Below, piece after piece: positions 48,939 through 59,060 of a stretch of DNA of 64,000 bases (within the stretch, counting starts at the first letter, position 1; every line of letters begins with the position of its first letter). Under the pieces are notes generated by a model, which ran no database searches, was not told where the DNA came from, and saw only the letters and a program-made list of their open reading frames with translations. This DNA comes from an uncultured Rhabdochlamydiaceae bacterium (GTDB lineage: Bacteria > Chlamydiota > Chlamydiia > Chlamydiales > Rhabdochlamydiaceae). The stretch covers positions 1,120,001 to 1,184,000 of the forward strand of contig CAVQHD010000001.1 of NCBI GenBank assembly GCA_963712275.1, given 5' to 3'. The position numbers and the translations under genes are program-made.

Positions 48939-51914
48939 ATGGCGTTGAAAGGGCAAGCGAGTCCAGCGCGTCGATTCTATGAAATAACGAAGGTCTTGAT
49001 CAGCTCGGCGGCGCTGCTCTCCTCGGTGTGGATACCGCCGCTTCAGGCAGCCAGCTGTCCGATTACTCAAGGGGGGTACTTAGGAAATCAAGGGACAAAT
49101 AGCGGAAACTGTGAGACGCTGAGCCTTCCGCCTCTTGATGCTTTCGGCTCTCTTTCTGTCAATCAGAATGCTCCCTTGAATCTTGTGAACCGATTGAACC
49201 CAAATCAACTGCCGACCACAAATAATTTTCAGAATTTTCAGAACCCGTGCGCCATCAATCAAAATACATGGGTTAATTCAGGTCCAGGGCTTGTCGGTCC
49301 TATCAATCCTGTGCGGACGGGCCCTTTCCAGGCTTATTTATGCCGCACGGGCCCTGCGTTCATTATCCCCGCCTACAATTTTAATACGGATAGCTTAATC
49401 AGCAATCCCCCTCCCGTTTATGGAAAGGGGCTTTACCTTCCCAATTTGGCGACGGCGCCCTCGATTAATTTCTTCTTAAGTGCAACAGAGACGAATCAAG
49501 GAGCTCCAAATGATTATTTTAACATCTCGACAAATGTGGTCAATTCAGCAACGTGCGTGGTGACTTATACTCCTGTTAATGGGACTGCGGGATTCATCCA
49601 AGATTATCACGTCATGGGGAATCTGTTTCATGATATTTACTATGAAAACCTGACTCCTGCGATTGCCTGCGAGCAAAGCCTAGCCGATGCATCGGGAATG
49701 GTTCCGATTAGCGTAGATGGCGGAGCGATCCAATACCTTCCTTACGGAAGTATTGTAACAGGAAGGAGCTTTCAGATCTTTTTTCCTAGAGGGCTAGCGG
49801 GGCCGCCGCCGTATCCGCCGGCGACCCTGATCATTTTTGCAGAAAATAGCGCAGCAACTCCAATTCAATTCACGCTGCTTGGAGTCCCCGGCAATAAGTT
49901 TATCTTAACGGCGACCGTCCCCTTTACAGGGTTTATTCGCCTGGCGACGGTGTCGAGTCAAGATCAGCTACCGCTGGCGGGTTCGACATGGAATCAAGCG
50001 ACGTTTTACAATCCTGAAAATACAGGAGATGCCAGTGACTCATCGAACCCGCCTAATAACTGTGCGATTGAAGATCCGGCTTGTCCTTATGTGCCCCTTT
50101 CATGCATGTGGTGGAGGACGGTGCTGGTGCAAGCGATTGCTCCAACGCCGATGAGCTACTATCTTCTCACTCCGAATCAGCCAGGAGGGTGGGCGACGCT
50201 CTTTCACGAGTATACTGTGAAGCTGCTGGGTTCCCCGTGGACCCCTCCCACAGGGGGATGTTTTAGCGTTCCCAATCCTCCAGGAGGAGATCCTTTCCAT
50301 CCAGACCCGTCAGGTATTACGGTCATGATGCCGATCATCGCGCTCCAAGATTACAATTTGGCGAACACCTACTACAACAATTACTACGCCTATTTCAACC
50401 CCGCTCCTGGAGTGGGTAATCAGACATATGGAAATGGAATTGTCACCTCCAACTATTTTCTTCTTCAATTTAACATGATGCTAGCGCAGTTTTTGAGTTC
50501 CGATATCTCTACTTTTCAAGCGGCTCAAAGGCGGCTTCCGCCCTATACTATCACGGCGCCTGTGGACACGTATGGAGTCTATGCCGCACACCGCCGGTAC
50601 ATCCCCATCCAGGCTGATATCTCGTATACCAACCAGTCAATCACGTGGAGTTATACGCTCTCGCCGATTGTGAACCCAGGAGACGGCTCGAATAAAACGC
50701 TCGTTTGCTTCCCTTTTTGGAAATATTTGCAAGGGCTTACAGCAGGTGTGGTGAACACAACTCCAGGAGGAGGGCAGCCCTTACAGAACTTTATCTATAA
50801 TGACGTTATTAAAGGGACGTTTTACGCAGCGGAAGCGTTGAATGGGACTGTGACCTTCTTAGAAGGAGGGCTCCCATCGTGGTATGGAACCGACTTGTTT
50901 ATTCCGAGTACATTCACATTTACAGGGCTTCAAATCACGACTCTTAACAACATTCTGAATAACATTTTTCCCAACCTTATTGACCCGCTCCCTCTTTTTC
51001 CTGAGGTCTATTTGAATAACGCCTATACAGGGTTAAGAACAGCCTTTATGCTGGCTAACACGGGTCTTGCGATTGCTTATTTTTTAAATGCCACCGGCCA
51101 ATCGGGGCTCATTCCGACAGAGTCGAAACCGTTTATTGATAATGCAATCAGTGTCTTATCGGCCTATTTGATCAATCGAACGCCGGGGATTAACTTTTTT
51201 GTTGCCGATCGGACCTCGGGAGGAATCTGCGTTAATGGAGGGGGAGGCATTGGAGACTATCCAGAAGGGCCCAATCTTCAAGAGATTAATGACTCAGGCT
51301 CTGACTTCGGAAACTACATCTATAACGACCACCATTTCTTTGCAGGTTATTTTCTCTTAGCTTCTGCCATGGTTACAGATTGGCAGTTAACCTATGGAGG
51401 AGGCGCCCCTCTTTGGGTTGAACTGCCTGTGCTTGGCGCAGATAATCAAGAGTATCAGGTGCGAGATTTTATAGACTTTCTTTGGAGGGATGTGCATAAC
51501 CCTTTTACAAATGATCCAGACCTGCCGTATGACCGTTACGGCCTTCCTTGGGAAGGGCATAGTGTTGCCAATGGGATGCAGTACGACCCGAATGCCAGCG
51601 GAAGAAACCAGGAGAGTATTGCAGAGGATTTTAACTGTTGGTATGGAATGAATGTCTATGCAAGGGCGATGTTGCAAACAACGCTGACCGCTGCTCAGAC
51701 AGCTAAATATCAGGCGATCCAAGATTTTAGTGAGATGAATATGAAGATGAACGGAAGCAGCGCCATCATGTGGTTTAAGAATTCGCAATATTGGCGAGTC
51801 GTCACTGATTTCACAACGCTCACGCCGTCAATTTGCGTGGGGCAATTTTCCCAGGTGACTGTGACCAATGGACAGGTGAACGATAACGCCATGCAGAACC
51901 AAGTGTTTCAATGA
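48939..51914 (+). CDS. Exported glycoside hydrolase family 81 (endo-beta-1,3-glucanase)-like protein
   Basis: DFGNYIYNDHHFFAGYF, WEGHSVANG and GRNQESIAED match GH81 catalytic motifs. Signal-peptide-like N-terminus; AGGAG RBS. Confidence 0.8.
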   Translation: MALKGQASPARRFYEITKVLISSAALLSSVWIPPLQAASCPITQGGYLGNQGTNSGNCETLSLPPLDAFGSLSVNQNAPLNLVNRLNPNQLPTTNNFQNFQNPCAINQNTWVNSGPGLVGPINPVRTGPFQAYLCRTGPAFIIPAYNFNTDSLISNPPPVYGKGLYLPNLATAPSINFFLSATETNQGAPNDYFNISTNVVNSATCVVTYTPVNGTAGFIQDYHVMGNLFHDIYYENLTPAIACEQSLADASGMVPISVDGGAIQYLPYGSIVTGRSFQIFFPRGLAGPPPYPPATLIIFAENSAATPIQFTLLGVPGNKFILTATVPFTGFIRLATVSSQDQLPLAGSTWNQATFYNPENTGDASDSSNPPNNCAIEDPACPYVPLSCMWWRTVLVQAIAPTPMSYYLLTPNQPGGWATLFHEYTVKLLGSPWTPPTGGCFSVPNPPGGDPFHPDPSGITVMMPIIALQDYNLANTYYNNYYAYFNPAPGVGNQTYGNGIVTSNYFLLQFNMMLAQFLSSDISTFQAAQRRLPPYTITAPVDTYGVYAAHRRYIPIQADISYTNQSITWSYTLSPIVNPGDGSNKTLVCFPFWKYLQGLTAGVVNTTPGGGQPLQNFIYNDVIKGTFYAAEALNGTVTFLEGGLPSWYGTDLFIPSTFTFTGLQITTLNNILNNIFPNLIDPLPLFPEVYLNNAYTGLRTAFMLANTGLAIAYFLNATGQSGLIPTESKPFIDNAISVLSAYLINRTPGINFFVADRTSGGICVNGGGGIGDYPEGPNLQEINDSGSDFGNYIYNDHHFFAGYFLLASAMVTDWQLTYGGGAPLWVELPVLGADNQEYQVRDFIDFLWRDVHNPFTNDPDLPYDRYGLPWEGHSVANGMQYDPNASGRNQESIAEDFNCWYGMNVYARAMLQTTLTAAQTAKYQAIQDFSEMNMKMNGSSAIMWFKNSQYWRVVTDFTTLTPSICVGQFSQVTVTNGQVNDNAMQNQVFQ

Positions 51915-53737
51915 AAATTTTACTGGTAATATTCACCCTCTTCTATGTGCGCTGCTTTGCTATAGAGCTCTATCCTGTTTCCACCTTTGTCTTTAAATAT
52001 GTGAAAAACCATCCAGAGCATATCTCTCTCGAAGAGTTAAGCCTTATCTCTGTCTCTCTTGTTCAAACACCAGAAGGGTATTTTTCCTCGCACGAAGAAG
52101 AGACCCTTTCAACGCCTTATCGAGAGGTGCGCCCCTCTATTCAAGAAATGAACCAATCGGGAGTGCACTATTTTTCTAAACAAGCTTTAGCTGACATTTT
52201 AGAGGCAGCTCATGAGTTTTTTGAGGAGAAGGGGATCCATTGGACCTATTTGGCCATCAGCGACAATCAAATGACGCCAAAAGGACGCGATCTCCGTCCG
52301 CAAGGTCAGCAAGAGCTTGTCGTTGAAGTCGCTGTGCCAGTCATCAAATCAGTCGCTGTGAAAGCCTCAGAGAGCAGTGATCTCAAGCAGCCCGCCTATG
52401 TTCAGAAGCAATCGGATCGAATTGTGGACAATTTTCCTCTGCCGCTTCCCGATCCATCGACAGGGTATCCTGGCGCTTATGTCGATCCAGACAGCCTTAA
52501 TAACTATCTCTACTCCCTCAATCGCCACCCGGGGAAAAGGGTCGACCTTGAAATCGGCCCGACGCATACACCTGGAGGAGTAACGCTCGATTTTGTAATC
52601 ACGGAAGAGCGCCCTTACCACTTCTATTTCTCTGCGACAAATAACATTCCTAAAGTGATTCACCAGTGGCAAGAATCGGTTGGGTTTTTACACACGCAGC
52701 TCACGGGCCATGATGATATTTTAAGGTTAAATTACTCGACCGATGGGAATGAATCTTTTTATACGGTTTTTGCATCCTATGAAGCCCCTTTTGGCCAAGC
52801 GATTGGAAAAAGGTGGAGTGTGTCGGGCAATTACAACCGTTTTATTTCGGCCGAGTTTGGCTTAGCGCCCAATCTATTTAGAGGAACGCAAGGGATCGTC
52901 GATCTTGAGTTCATCGCGACGCTCTATCAGAAAAACAAATTTTTCTTAGAGGGGTTCGGCATTGTTGAATACCGGCATATTCATAATCGGCAGCATGCTC
53001 TGAACCCTTCTGTGATGAAAAACTTTATCTTCCCTTCTTTGGGACTGAAAGCAGTGGAACTCAAACTCGAGCGAAAAATCATTGCAACTGTTCAGCTTGA
53101 AAGTACGATGAGCAGCCTATTTTGGGATGTCAGGCATCGATTAGATGCGTTAGGAAGGAAGAATTTAAGCCCTAATTGGGCCCTGATTGAAGCGAACTTA
53201 TACTGGAGTTTTTACCTTGAACCTGTGATACATCGGCGTGTAAGGCGGATGGCAAGCGAGGTCGTTGTTTTGGGACAGTTCCAAAATGCGTTTAACCTTA
53301 GGCTCATCCCTGAATTAGAGGGAGTTTTAGGCGGAGTGAGTACTGTGAGAGGGTATCCTCAATCGACTGTTGCCGGAGATAATTTGTATTTGGCGTCGGT
53401 CGAGTACCGGTTTCACCTTCCGCAGGCCTTTAAACCAACTCGCAGCGGGAAGAGCAAACTCTTTGGGAAAGAGCTGAGATGGACTCCTGCAGAGCCTAAG
53501 GGAAGAGCAGATTGGGATCTGGTTTTTAGGGTCTTTTATGATCTAGGAAGAACGACGAATAACCGACCCGTGAAAGGAGAAAATAACTTCACTGTGGAAG
53601 GGATCGGACTTGGCGCCGATTTTGTTTTATGGAGCAACCTTGTATTGAAATACGATTGGGGGACGGCCTTGAAATCGGCCCATGGCATTGATAAAGGGCA
53701 TCATCAATCGTATTTTTCCGCCGTGTTAATGTATTAG
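51911..53737 (+). CDS. TpsB (ShlB/FhaC/HecB-family) two-partner secretion transporter
   Basis: Signal peptide, POTRA-like region (LNRHPG), barrel with LGGVSTVRGY, FYDLG and GIGLG, C-terminal Tyr. Confidence 0.88.
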   Translation: MKILLVIFTLFYVRCFAIELYPVSTFVFKYVKNHPEHISLEELSLISVSLVQTPEGYFSSHEEETLSTPYREVRPSIQEMNQSGVHYFSKQALADILEAAHEFFEEKGIHWTYLAISDNQMTPKGRDLRPQGQQELVVEVAVPVIKSVAVKASESSDLKQPAYVQKQSDRIVDNFPLPLPDPSTGYPGAYVDPDSLNNYLYSLNRHPGKRVDLEIGPTHTPGGVTLDFVITEERPYHFYFSATNNIPKVIHQWQESVGFLHTQLTGHDDILRLNYSTDGNESFYTVFASYEAPFGQAIGKRWSVSGNYNRFISAEFGLAPNLFRGTQGIVDLEFIATLYQKNKFFLEGFGIVEYRHIHNRQHALNPSVMKNFIFPSLGLKAVELKLERKIIATVQLESTMSSLFWDVRHRLDALGRKNLSPNWALIEANLYWSFYLEPVIHRRVRRMASEVVVLGQFQNAFNLRLIPELEGVLGGVSTVRGYPQSTVAGDNLYLASVEYRFHLPQAFKPTRSGKSKLFGKELRWTPAEPKGRADWDLVFRVFYDLGRTTNNRPVKGENNFTVEGIGLGADFVLWSNLVLKYDWGTALKSAHGIDKGHHQSYFSAVLMY

Positions 53738-53747
53738 AGGGGTAAAG

Positions 53748-56700
53748 ATGAGGAAGCTATTTATTGACGGATCCTTAGTTTTAGCCTCGATCTTTTTTTC
53801 CTTCTCTTTATATGCAAATCCTGAACTGGAATCCATTGGCCATGGCCGCGCAGAGTTTCAGCATCAGGGAAAAGAGATGGTAATCCATGCGTCTGATCAA
53901 GCGATTTTAAATTTTAAAGCATTTGAGATCCAGAGAGATGAAACCGTCCGATTTCAAATGAGGAAAGACTCGCACCGCGTGCTCAACCGAATCGACAGCA
54001 GGTGCCCAAGCCATATCGACGGAAAATTAACCTCCAATGGGATTGTCTACCTTTTAAATCCAGCAGGGGTGATGTTTGGCCCTCATTCGATCGTTAATGT
54101 CGCATCCCTCATCGTTGCAGCAGCCCATTTAAGCGATGCCGATTTTTTGAAAGGCCGTGACCATTTTCATTCAATTTGTGGAAATGTGGAAGTGCTAGGT
54201 CATTTGTCAGGACATGAAGTGGTTTTAATCGGTTCTAAAGTCATCCAAAATGGCAACGTCGATGCACAGGCGATCTTTTATGTTGATAGAGACCATCTCT
54301 ATTTAGGACGGGAAGGAGAACACCTCTTTGTCAAATGTGATAAAGATCATATCCCAGAAGAAGGCACGTTTTTAGCTTCAGGATCTCCCGAGTCGTTTTT
54401 GATCTATCATGGAGGCATCTCTAAGGCCGAACGTATTCATTTATATGGAGAAAAAGGCTCAGAAGTCCAGATAACAGGGACGCTAGATGCCACAAGCCAA
54501 GAGAGCATAGGGGGAGAAATCATTGTTCAAGGGGAGAAAATTGCCGTTCAAGGAGGGCATCTCGATGTCTCCGGCCCCTTAGGAGGAGGAACCATCCTTC
54601 TTGGAGGAGGCTTAGGCGGAAAAGATCTTTACCCGACCGCCAAAGAAACCGTCTGCGATAAGGAAAGCGTCATTGCTGCAGATGCCCTGATCCAAGGAGA
54701 TGGAGGAACAATTGTCCAGTGGGCAGATAAGAGGTCCATCACCAACGGCCTTTACACAGTCAAAGGGGGCCCTGAAGGAGGAAACGGAGGCTTGATTGAA
54801 ACATCGAGCGGCAGGGGAGGCGAGGCGATCACCATGCGGTATGATACGACTGCCCCCAAAGGAAAGGGCGGCACATGGAAAATCGACCCTTATTCGATCC
54901 AAATTGTCGATGTGGGTGGCACCGCAACCCTTGCTGAGATGAATGATGGATCGGCTAATAGCTATGTCATTAATACAGCTACGATCAATGCGGCTGCCCT
55001 TAACTCCACTGTGATCTTTGCAGCCAATAACTCCAGCGGGCATGCCCCTGGATCGTGCACCATTGCCCTTGGAGTCCCTGGAACCCCCGCTAACATCAAC
55101 ACAACCAACTCTGGCGTAACCTTAATATTTAACACGACGGAAAGTCCAACGGTTCGTGGGATGATGACGACAAATGGGACGATTAACACCAATACCATGG
55201 TTTTCAGCACCCCGATCACCTTAACGGGAAGTACAACACTGACAGCTTCGAATGCGATCATCTTTAACTTTGATGTGAACGGCGATGGAAATGGCCCCTG
55301 GGATTTAAGTACAACTGCAAATATCTCCGTGAATTGTGAAGGATCGATCGGGGCAGCCACGCCTATCGGGAACTTGACTGTTTCAACGCCTTTTAGCGCG
55401 GGCGTTTTTCTTGTCGGTGCCCTGGCGGGATCTCCACCGGGCACCATTCATGCCAGTGGAAATATCTCTATCGGGGCTGCTCTCCAAATGTTGGCTTCAA
55501 CCTCTTTCCTCTCGGATACGGGAGGGATTACATTTCATAATTTTATCACAGCCAATACCCCGACTTCTCAGCAGAATCTGACTTTAAGCGCTGCAGGAGA
55601 TATTGTCTTTGATAATTCCGTTGGGTTAAATCCTTTAGGCGATATTTTAATCCAAACAGCTAACAATGTTCATCTCGTCGTATCGCCTCAGCCCCTTTCT
55701 GCGGGCATTCCCCCTCCCATCATTCAATGCCGCTCTTTTACTCAATTGAATGGGACAGGAAATACCCTATTTGAAGGGTCGCTTTTCACAACTGGCGTTC
55801 CGGTTTTAACGAGAAATCCCCCTCAAAATGGAGGGGCGGTATTTATCAATACTGCAGGGGTCATCAATTTTTACTACCTGACCAATAATGGCGGCTTTCC
55901 ATTACCTGTTCTGACCTATACATTTCCTCCCACAAGACCCTATTATAAAGCTATCATTAACTCAACAGGCGCTAGGCAGACGGCGCCTGGAGCTGGGTTT
56001 AATGGAGGCAATGTCACCTTAATTGGGAGCTCTGTCAACCTGCTTGGGTTATATGCGGGGGGAACCTCTGCTTTTCCAGGCTCTTCCAATGTAGGAGGCA
56101 AGGGTGGAGATGTTCTCATTGAGACCACTGGAGGACTCAGTTTGCGCGGCCCCATCTTTGCGACAGGAGGAGCGGGAATCAATGGGGGAGGGCAGGTGCT
56201 CCCCACACTGCTCTTTTCAGGTCAAGATTTAGATGCCGCAGGGGCAGATTCTCCTGGAAACATTACCATCACAGGTCCTGTGACAGTCGGGTTTAATGGG
56301 GTTGTTGTGAGGGGGCAAAATATCCAAGCGGGGAACATCAACGGAGCGAATCTGGATTTGTTTGCTATTGATGGGTCGACAAACGGCATTGCCCAACTAG
56401 AGAGCCTTTCAAATTTAAGCTATTTTGTCGTTGATTATTCCAAAGGGGTCAATGTCTCAGGACTTGTCCAGGCAAATGGGATCGATCTTTTTAATAGCGG
56501 GGTGGATGGGATTGTGTTTCAGGGCCCTGTCATATCGAGCACAATCCAGTCAATTGCAAACCGCTTTTCCATCACATTTGCAGAGGGGTTTACAGCCTCC
56601 GATAGCACCAGTTTTCTCAATTGCGGATCTGGACCAACGCCGCCGCCTGCTCCTCCTGTTACCCCTCCTGTAATCTTGCCCCCATTTGCCGGTGTCTATG

Positions 56701-56882
56701 CCCCTTCCTTTACACAGGTAGGCGACATCTCTTTTGACACCTCTACGTCTTTATTTTCAGCCTTGCGTCTTTTTGCTGTAGAAGCGCCATTTGCCGATGT
56801 CTTTAATATCCCCAGTTTCTTCTTGAATTATTTAACGCCGCCGCAAGAAGTAGATTCCTTAGTCTCAAAGGAGATCTATTAA
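53748..56882 (+). CDS. TpsA filamentous haemagglutinin-like exoprotein
   Basis: Signal peptide then a TPS domain (VLNRI...SHIDGKLTSNGIVYLLNPAGVMFG); GGTIVQWAD, GGNGGLIETS, GTWKIDP; beta-helix-like G/N/T-rich body. Confidence 0.9.
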   Translation: MRKLFIDGSLVLASIFFSFSLYANPELESIGHGRAEFQHQGKEMVIHASDQAILNFKAFEIQRDETVRFQMRKDSHRVLNRIDSRCPSHIDGKLTSNGIVYLLNPAGVMFGPHSIVNVASLIVAAAHLSDADFLKGRDHFHSICGNVEVLGHLSGHEVVLIGSKVIQNGNVDAQAIFYVDRDHLYLGREGEHLFVKCDKDHIPEEGTFLASGSPESFLIYHGGISKAERIHLYGEKGSEVQITGTLDATSQESIGGEIIVQGEKIAVQGGHLDVSGPLGGGTILLGGGLGGKDLYPTAKETVCDKESVIAADALIQGDGGTIVQWADKRSITNGLYTVKGGPEGGNGGLIETSSGRGGEAITMRYDTTAPKGKGGTWKIDPYSIQIVDVGGTATLAEMNDGSANSYVINTATINAAALNSTVIFAANNSSGHAPGSCTIALGVPGTPANINTTNSGVTLIFNTTESPTVRGMMTTNGTINTNTMVFSTPITLTGSTTLTASNAIIFNFDVNGDGNGPWDLSTTANISVNCEGSIGAATPIGNLTVSTPFSAGVFLVGALAGSPPGTIHASGNISIGAALQMLASTSFLSDTGGITFHNFITANTPTSQQNLTLSAAGDIVFDNSVGLNPLGDILIQTANNVHLVVSPQPLSAGIPPPIIQCRSFTQLNGTGNTLFEGSLFTTGVPVLTRNPPQNGGAVFINTAGVINFYYLTNNGGFPLPVLTYTFPPTRPYYKAIINSTGARQTAPGAGFNGGNVTLIGSSVNLLGLYAGGTSAFPGSSNVGGKGGDVLIETTGGLSLRGPIFATGGAGINGGGQVLPTLLFSGQDLDAAGADSPGNITITGPVTVGFNGVVVRGQNIQAGNINGANLDLFAIDGSTNGIAQLESLSNLSYFVVDYSKGVNVSGLVQANGIDLFNSGVDGIVFQGPVISSTIQSIANRFSITFAEGFTASDSTSFLNCGSGPTPPPAPPVTPPVILPPFAGVYAPSFTQVGDISFDTSTSLFSALRLFAVEAPFADVFNIPSFFLNYLTPPQEVDSLVSKEIY

Positions 56883-58111
56883 AAGAAGGAAGCTAATGAG
56901 CTTCCAATTGTTTCAATACGCAGCCTTTGCTGAAAACTCAGAGGGTTATGACGGAAATGGGATGCTTGTGCGCCAGGCAGGTGGAAAAACTGAGCTGGAA
57001 TAAACGGAAGGCAATTATAGCTGACATCAACGAAATCTAAGCGGCCAAGAGTCTCTAGCCCTGGAGGAAGCGCTGTCAGTGAGTTGTTACTCAGGTGCAA
57101 ATTCATCAAATTATGAAGATGAGTGATTTCTTGTGGAAGTGTCTTGAGGCAATTGTGAGAGAGGCGAAGCTCTCCTAAAAGGCCAAGAGTTCCAATAGAA
57201 GAGGGGATTTGTGAAATGGAATTATGGCTTAGGTCAAGGAATACCATTTGGCGCAGAGAACCTATGTCTGAAGGAAGAGTTGTAAGATGGTTATGATTGA
57301 GAGAAAGATTGCCTAAACGTCGAAGAGAGGTGATTTGTGGGGGGAGTGTTGTAAGAGTGTTATGATTGACAGAAAGGCTTCTTAAAGCCTGAAGGTTGCC
57401 GATCTCTGAAGGGAGCGTGGAAAGTTTATTCTGATCTAGATTAAGATTGTTCACCCTTCGAAAATTTCCAATTTCAGAAGGGAGTCTTGTGAGATTGAGT
57501 TGCTTCAAATCTAAAGTCTCCATCGATGAAATAATGGAAAGAGGGTTATTCAACTCATTCTGCAGTAAAGTCTGAAGGCGGGAAGCTTCTGCAAGGATGG
57601 TAGAGGGAGAAGAAGAAAGATCGACAGCCACCCCCGGCAGCCTTGAGCAGACTAGGCAAAAATTTCTTGCTTTGATGACTCGATCGACATAGGCATAGGT
57701 TGAAGGTTCGCTCTCGCATTTTAGGATCGAAGAATTGAGCCCCAAATCTTTAAGTTCTTGATTAAGAGACTGATATATTTTATTCTGAAGCTGGGCTGGA
57801 GGAAGGTTCCTAGGTTGGTTGGGGAAAAGATCGGCGAGGGAACAACGCATCGTACGATCATTGCTCAGTTGGCAGAAGTCCCAACAGACTTCAGATGTTT
57901 GGACAGGGGCGCCTGCAAGATTTAAAATGTATAGAACGTCTTCAGGGGGCAACCACTTAAAATAATTGGGTCCTGGAGGATTTGCCGCCGCTTGAGGGGG
58001 TAGGGTAAATTCTCTTTCTTTTGGGGAAACGTATTCACCTAGACAGAATTGTTCACGTATTGCGACTTTATCATTCCATGATAGACATGTAAAACTTATT
58101 AAATTTGTCAT
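56879..58111 (-). CDS. F-box-like plus leucine-rich-repeat protein (candidate effector)
   Basis: LPPEDVLYILNL..VCWDF..LSND N-terminal motif; about eight 23-aa LxxLxLxxNxLxxLP repeats. Confidence 0.85.
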   Translation of the reverse strand: MTNLISFTCLSWNDKVAIREQFCLGEYVSPKEREFTLPPQAAANPPGPNYFKWLPPEDVLYILNLAGAPVQTSEVCWDFCQLSNDRTMRCSLADLFPNQPRNLPPAQLQNKIYQSLNQELKDLGLNSSILKCESEPSTYAYVDRVIKARNFCLVCSRLPGVAVDLSSSPSTILAEASRLQTLLQNELNNPLSIISSMETLDLKQLNLTRLPSEIGNFRRVNNLNLDQNKLSTLPSEIGNLQALRSLSVNHNTLTTLPPQITSLRRLGNLSLNHNHLTTLPSDIGSLRQMVFLDLSHNSISQIPSSIGTLGLLGELRLSHNCLKTLPQEITHLHNLMNLHLSNNSLTALPPGLETLGRLDFVDVSYNCLPFIPAQFFHLPGAQASHFRHNPLSFQQRLRIETIGSSLASFF

Positions 58112-58235
58112 ATAATTACCTATTTATTTTATTTGCTTTAATATAATTATAGTAAATTAATTACTTTAATTAAAGTTATTTTTTAAACTGTAAGTTATTG
58201 ATTTTCAGTGACTAAAAATCTTGAATTGTAAGCCT

Positions 58236-59060
58236 TTAAGCTCCAAGACAATAGAGTGAAACTTGAGAGCCTAGACGGACTGAGGTCAAAATGAACACGA
58301 GGAAAGGGAGCTGAACTGCTTCCCCATAGCAGAGGGTTGCTAAAGCGAGAATGGATAATGTAATAGAAGAGAGGGTCGAGCAAACCTCAAGAATTGATAC
58401 TTGAAGTGGGTCTTCACCTTTCATAATTTTATGAGATCGATCATATAAGGCCAGCACATCATTTGTCAGGTCATTAACTGCGGTAACGGGCTTGAGATAA
58501 GCCTTCATGAGTTTATGCTGAAAGAAATAGAGATAAAGGGTCAATGAGGCGATCACGGTTTTTGATCCGATTTTCACTGCCTTTTGCGCAGAAGGCGGTT
58601 TCTGAAAACTTTCTGCACAGGTGATGACGCAACTGAAAAACTTATTGAAAAGATTAAAAGCTTTAAGCCGTTGAGAGATGACATTTGGCAGGGCAAAATC
58701 ATTCTCATCGGTTGGGAGGTATTTCATGATGACTTTGTTTAAACGTGTCGTAGTCGATAAAATCAAAAGCATCATTTTTAAAGGCTTTCCATTGACCTTT
58801 TTGTTTGAGCCTTCAATCATTTGCTCTAGGTTTAAAAGATCAACGGCAAGCTCTGTGACTGGGAAGAAGTTTGAAGTAGCGGAGGAGATCTCTTTCTCGG
58901 CTCGCTTGCTTAGATCGGCTGTTGCCTCAATCTGTCCGCCAAATTTCAGCCCATCCTGAAGAAATCCTACAGGTTTTTTTAAAGAGTTGTTGACTTGCTC
59001 TAAACAAGAAGTAAGACCCTTTATCATGGAAGGGAACACTATGTGACCGCCTGGTATCAT
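58236..59060 (-). CDS. Hypothetical protein with hydrophobic C-terminal helices
   Basis: 274-aa ORF with AGGT RBS, flanked by AT-rich intergenic DNA. Confidence 0.7.
   Translation of the reverse strand: MIPGGHIVFPSMIKGLTSCLEQVNNSLKKPVGFLQDGLKFGGQIEATADLSKRAEKEISSATSNFFPVTELAVDLLNLEQMIEGSNKKVNGKPLKMMLLILSTTTRLNKVIMKYLPTDENDFALPNVISQRLKAFNLFNKFFSCVITCAESFQKPPSAQKAVKIGSKTVIASLTLYLYFFQHKLMKAYLKPVTAVNDLTNDVLALYDRSHKIMKGEDPLQVSILEVCSTLSSITLSILALATLCYGEAVQLPFLVFILTSVRLGSQVSLYCLGA

Noticed and set aside
53748..56882. TpsA as a CdiA contact-dependent inhibition toxin
   Set aside because: No VENN-type motif, toxin tip or downstream immunity gene, and it is short for a CdiA.
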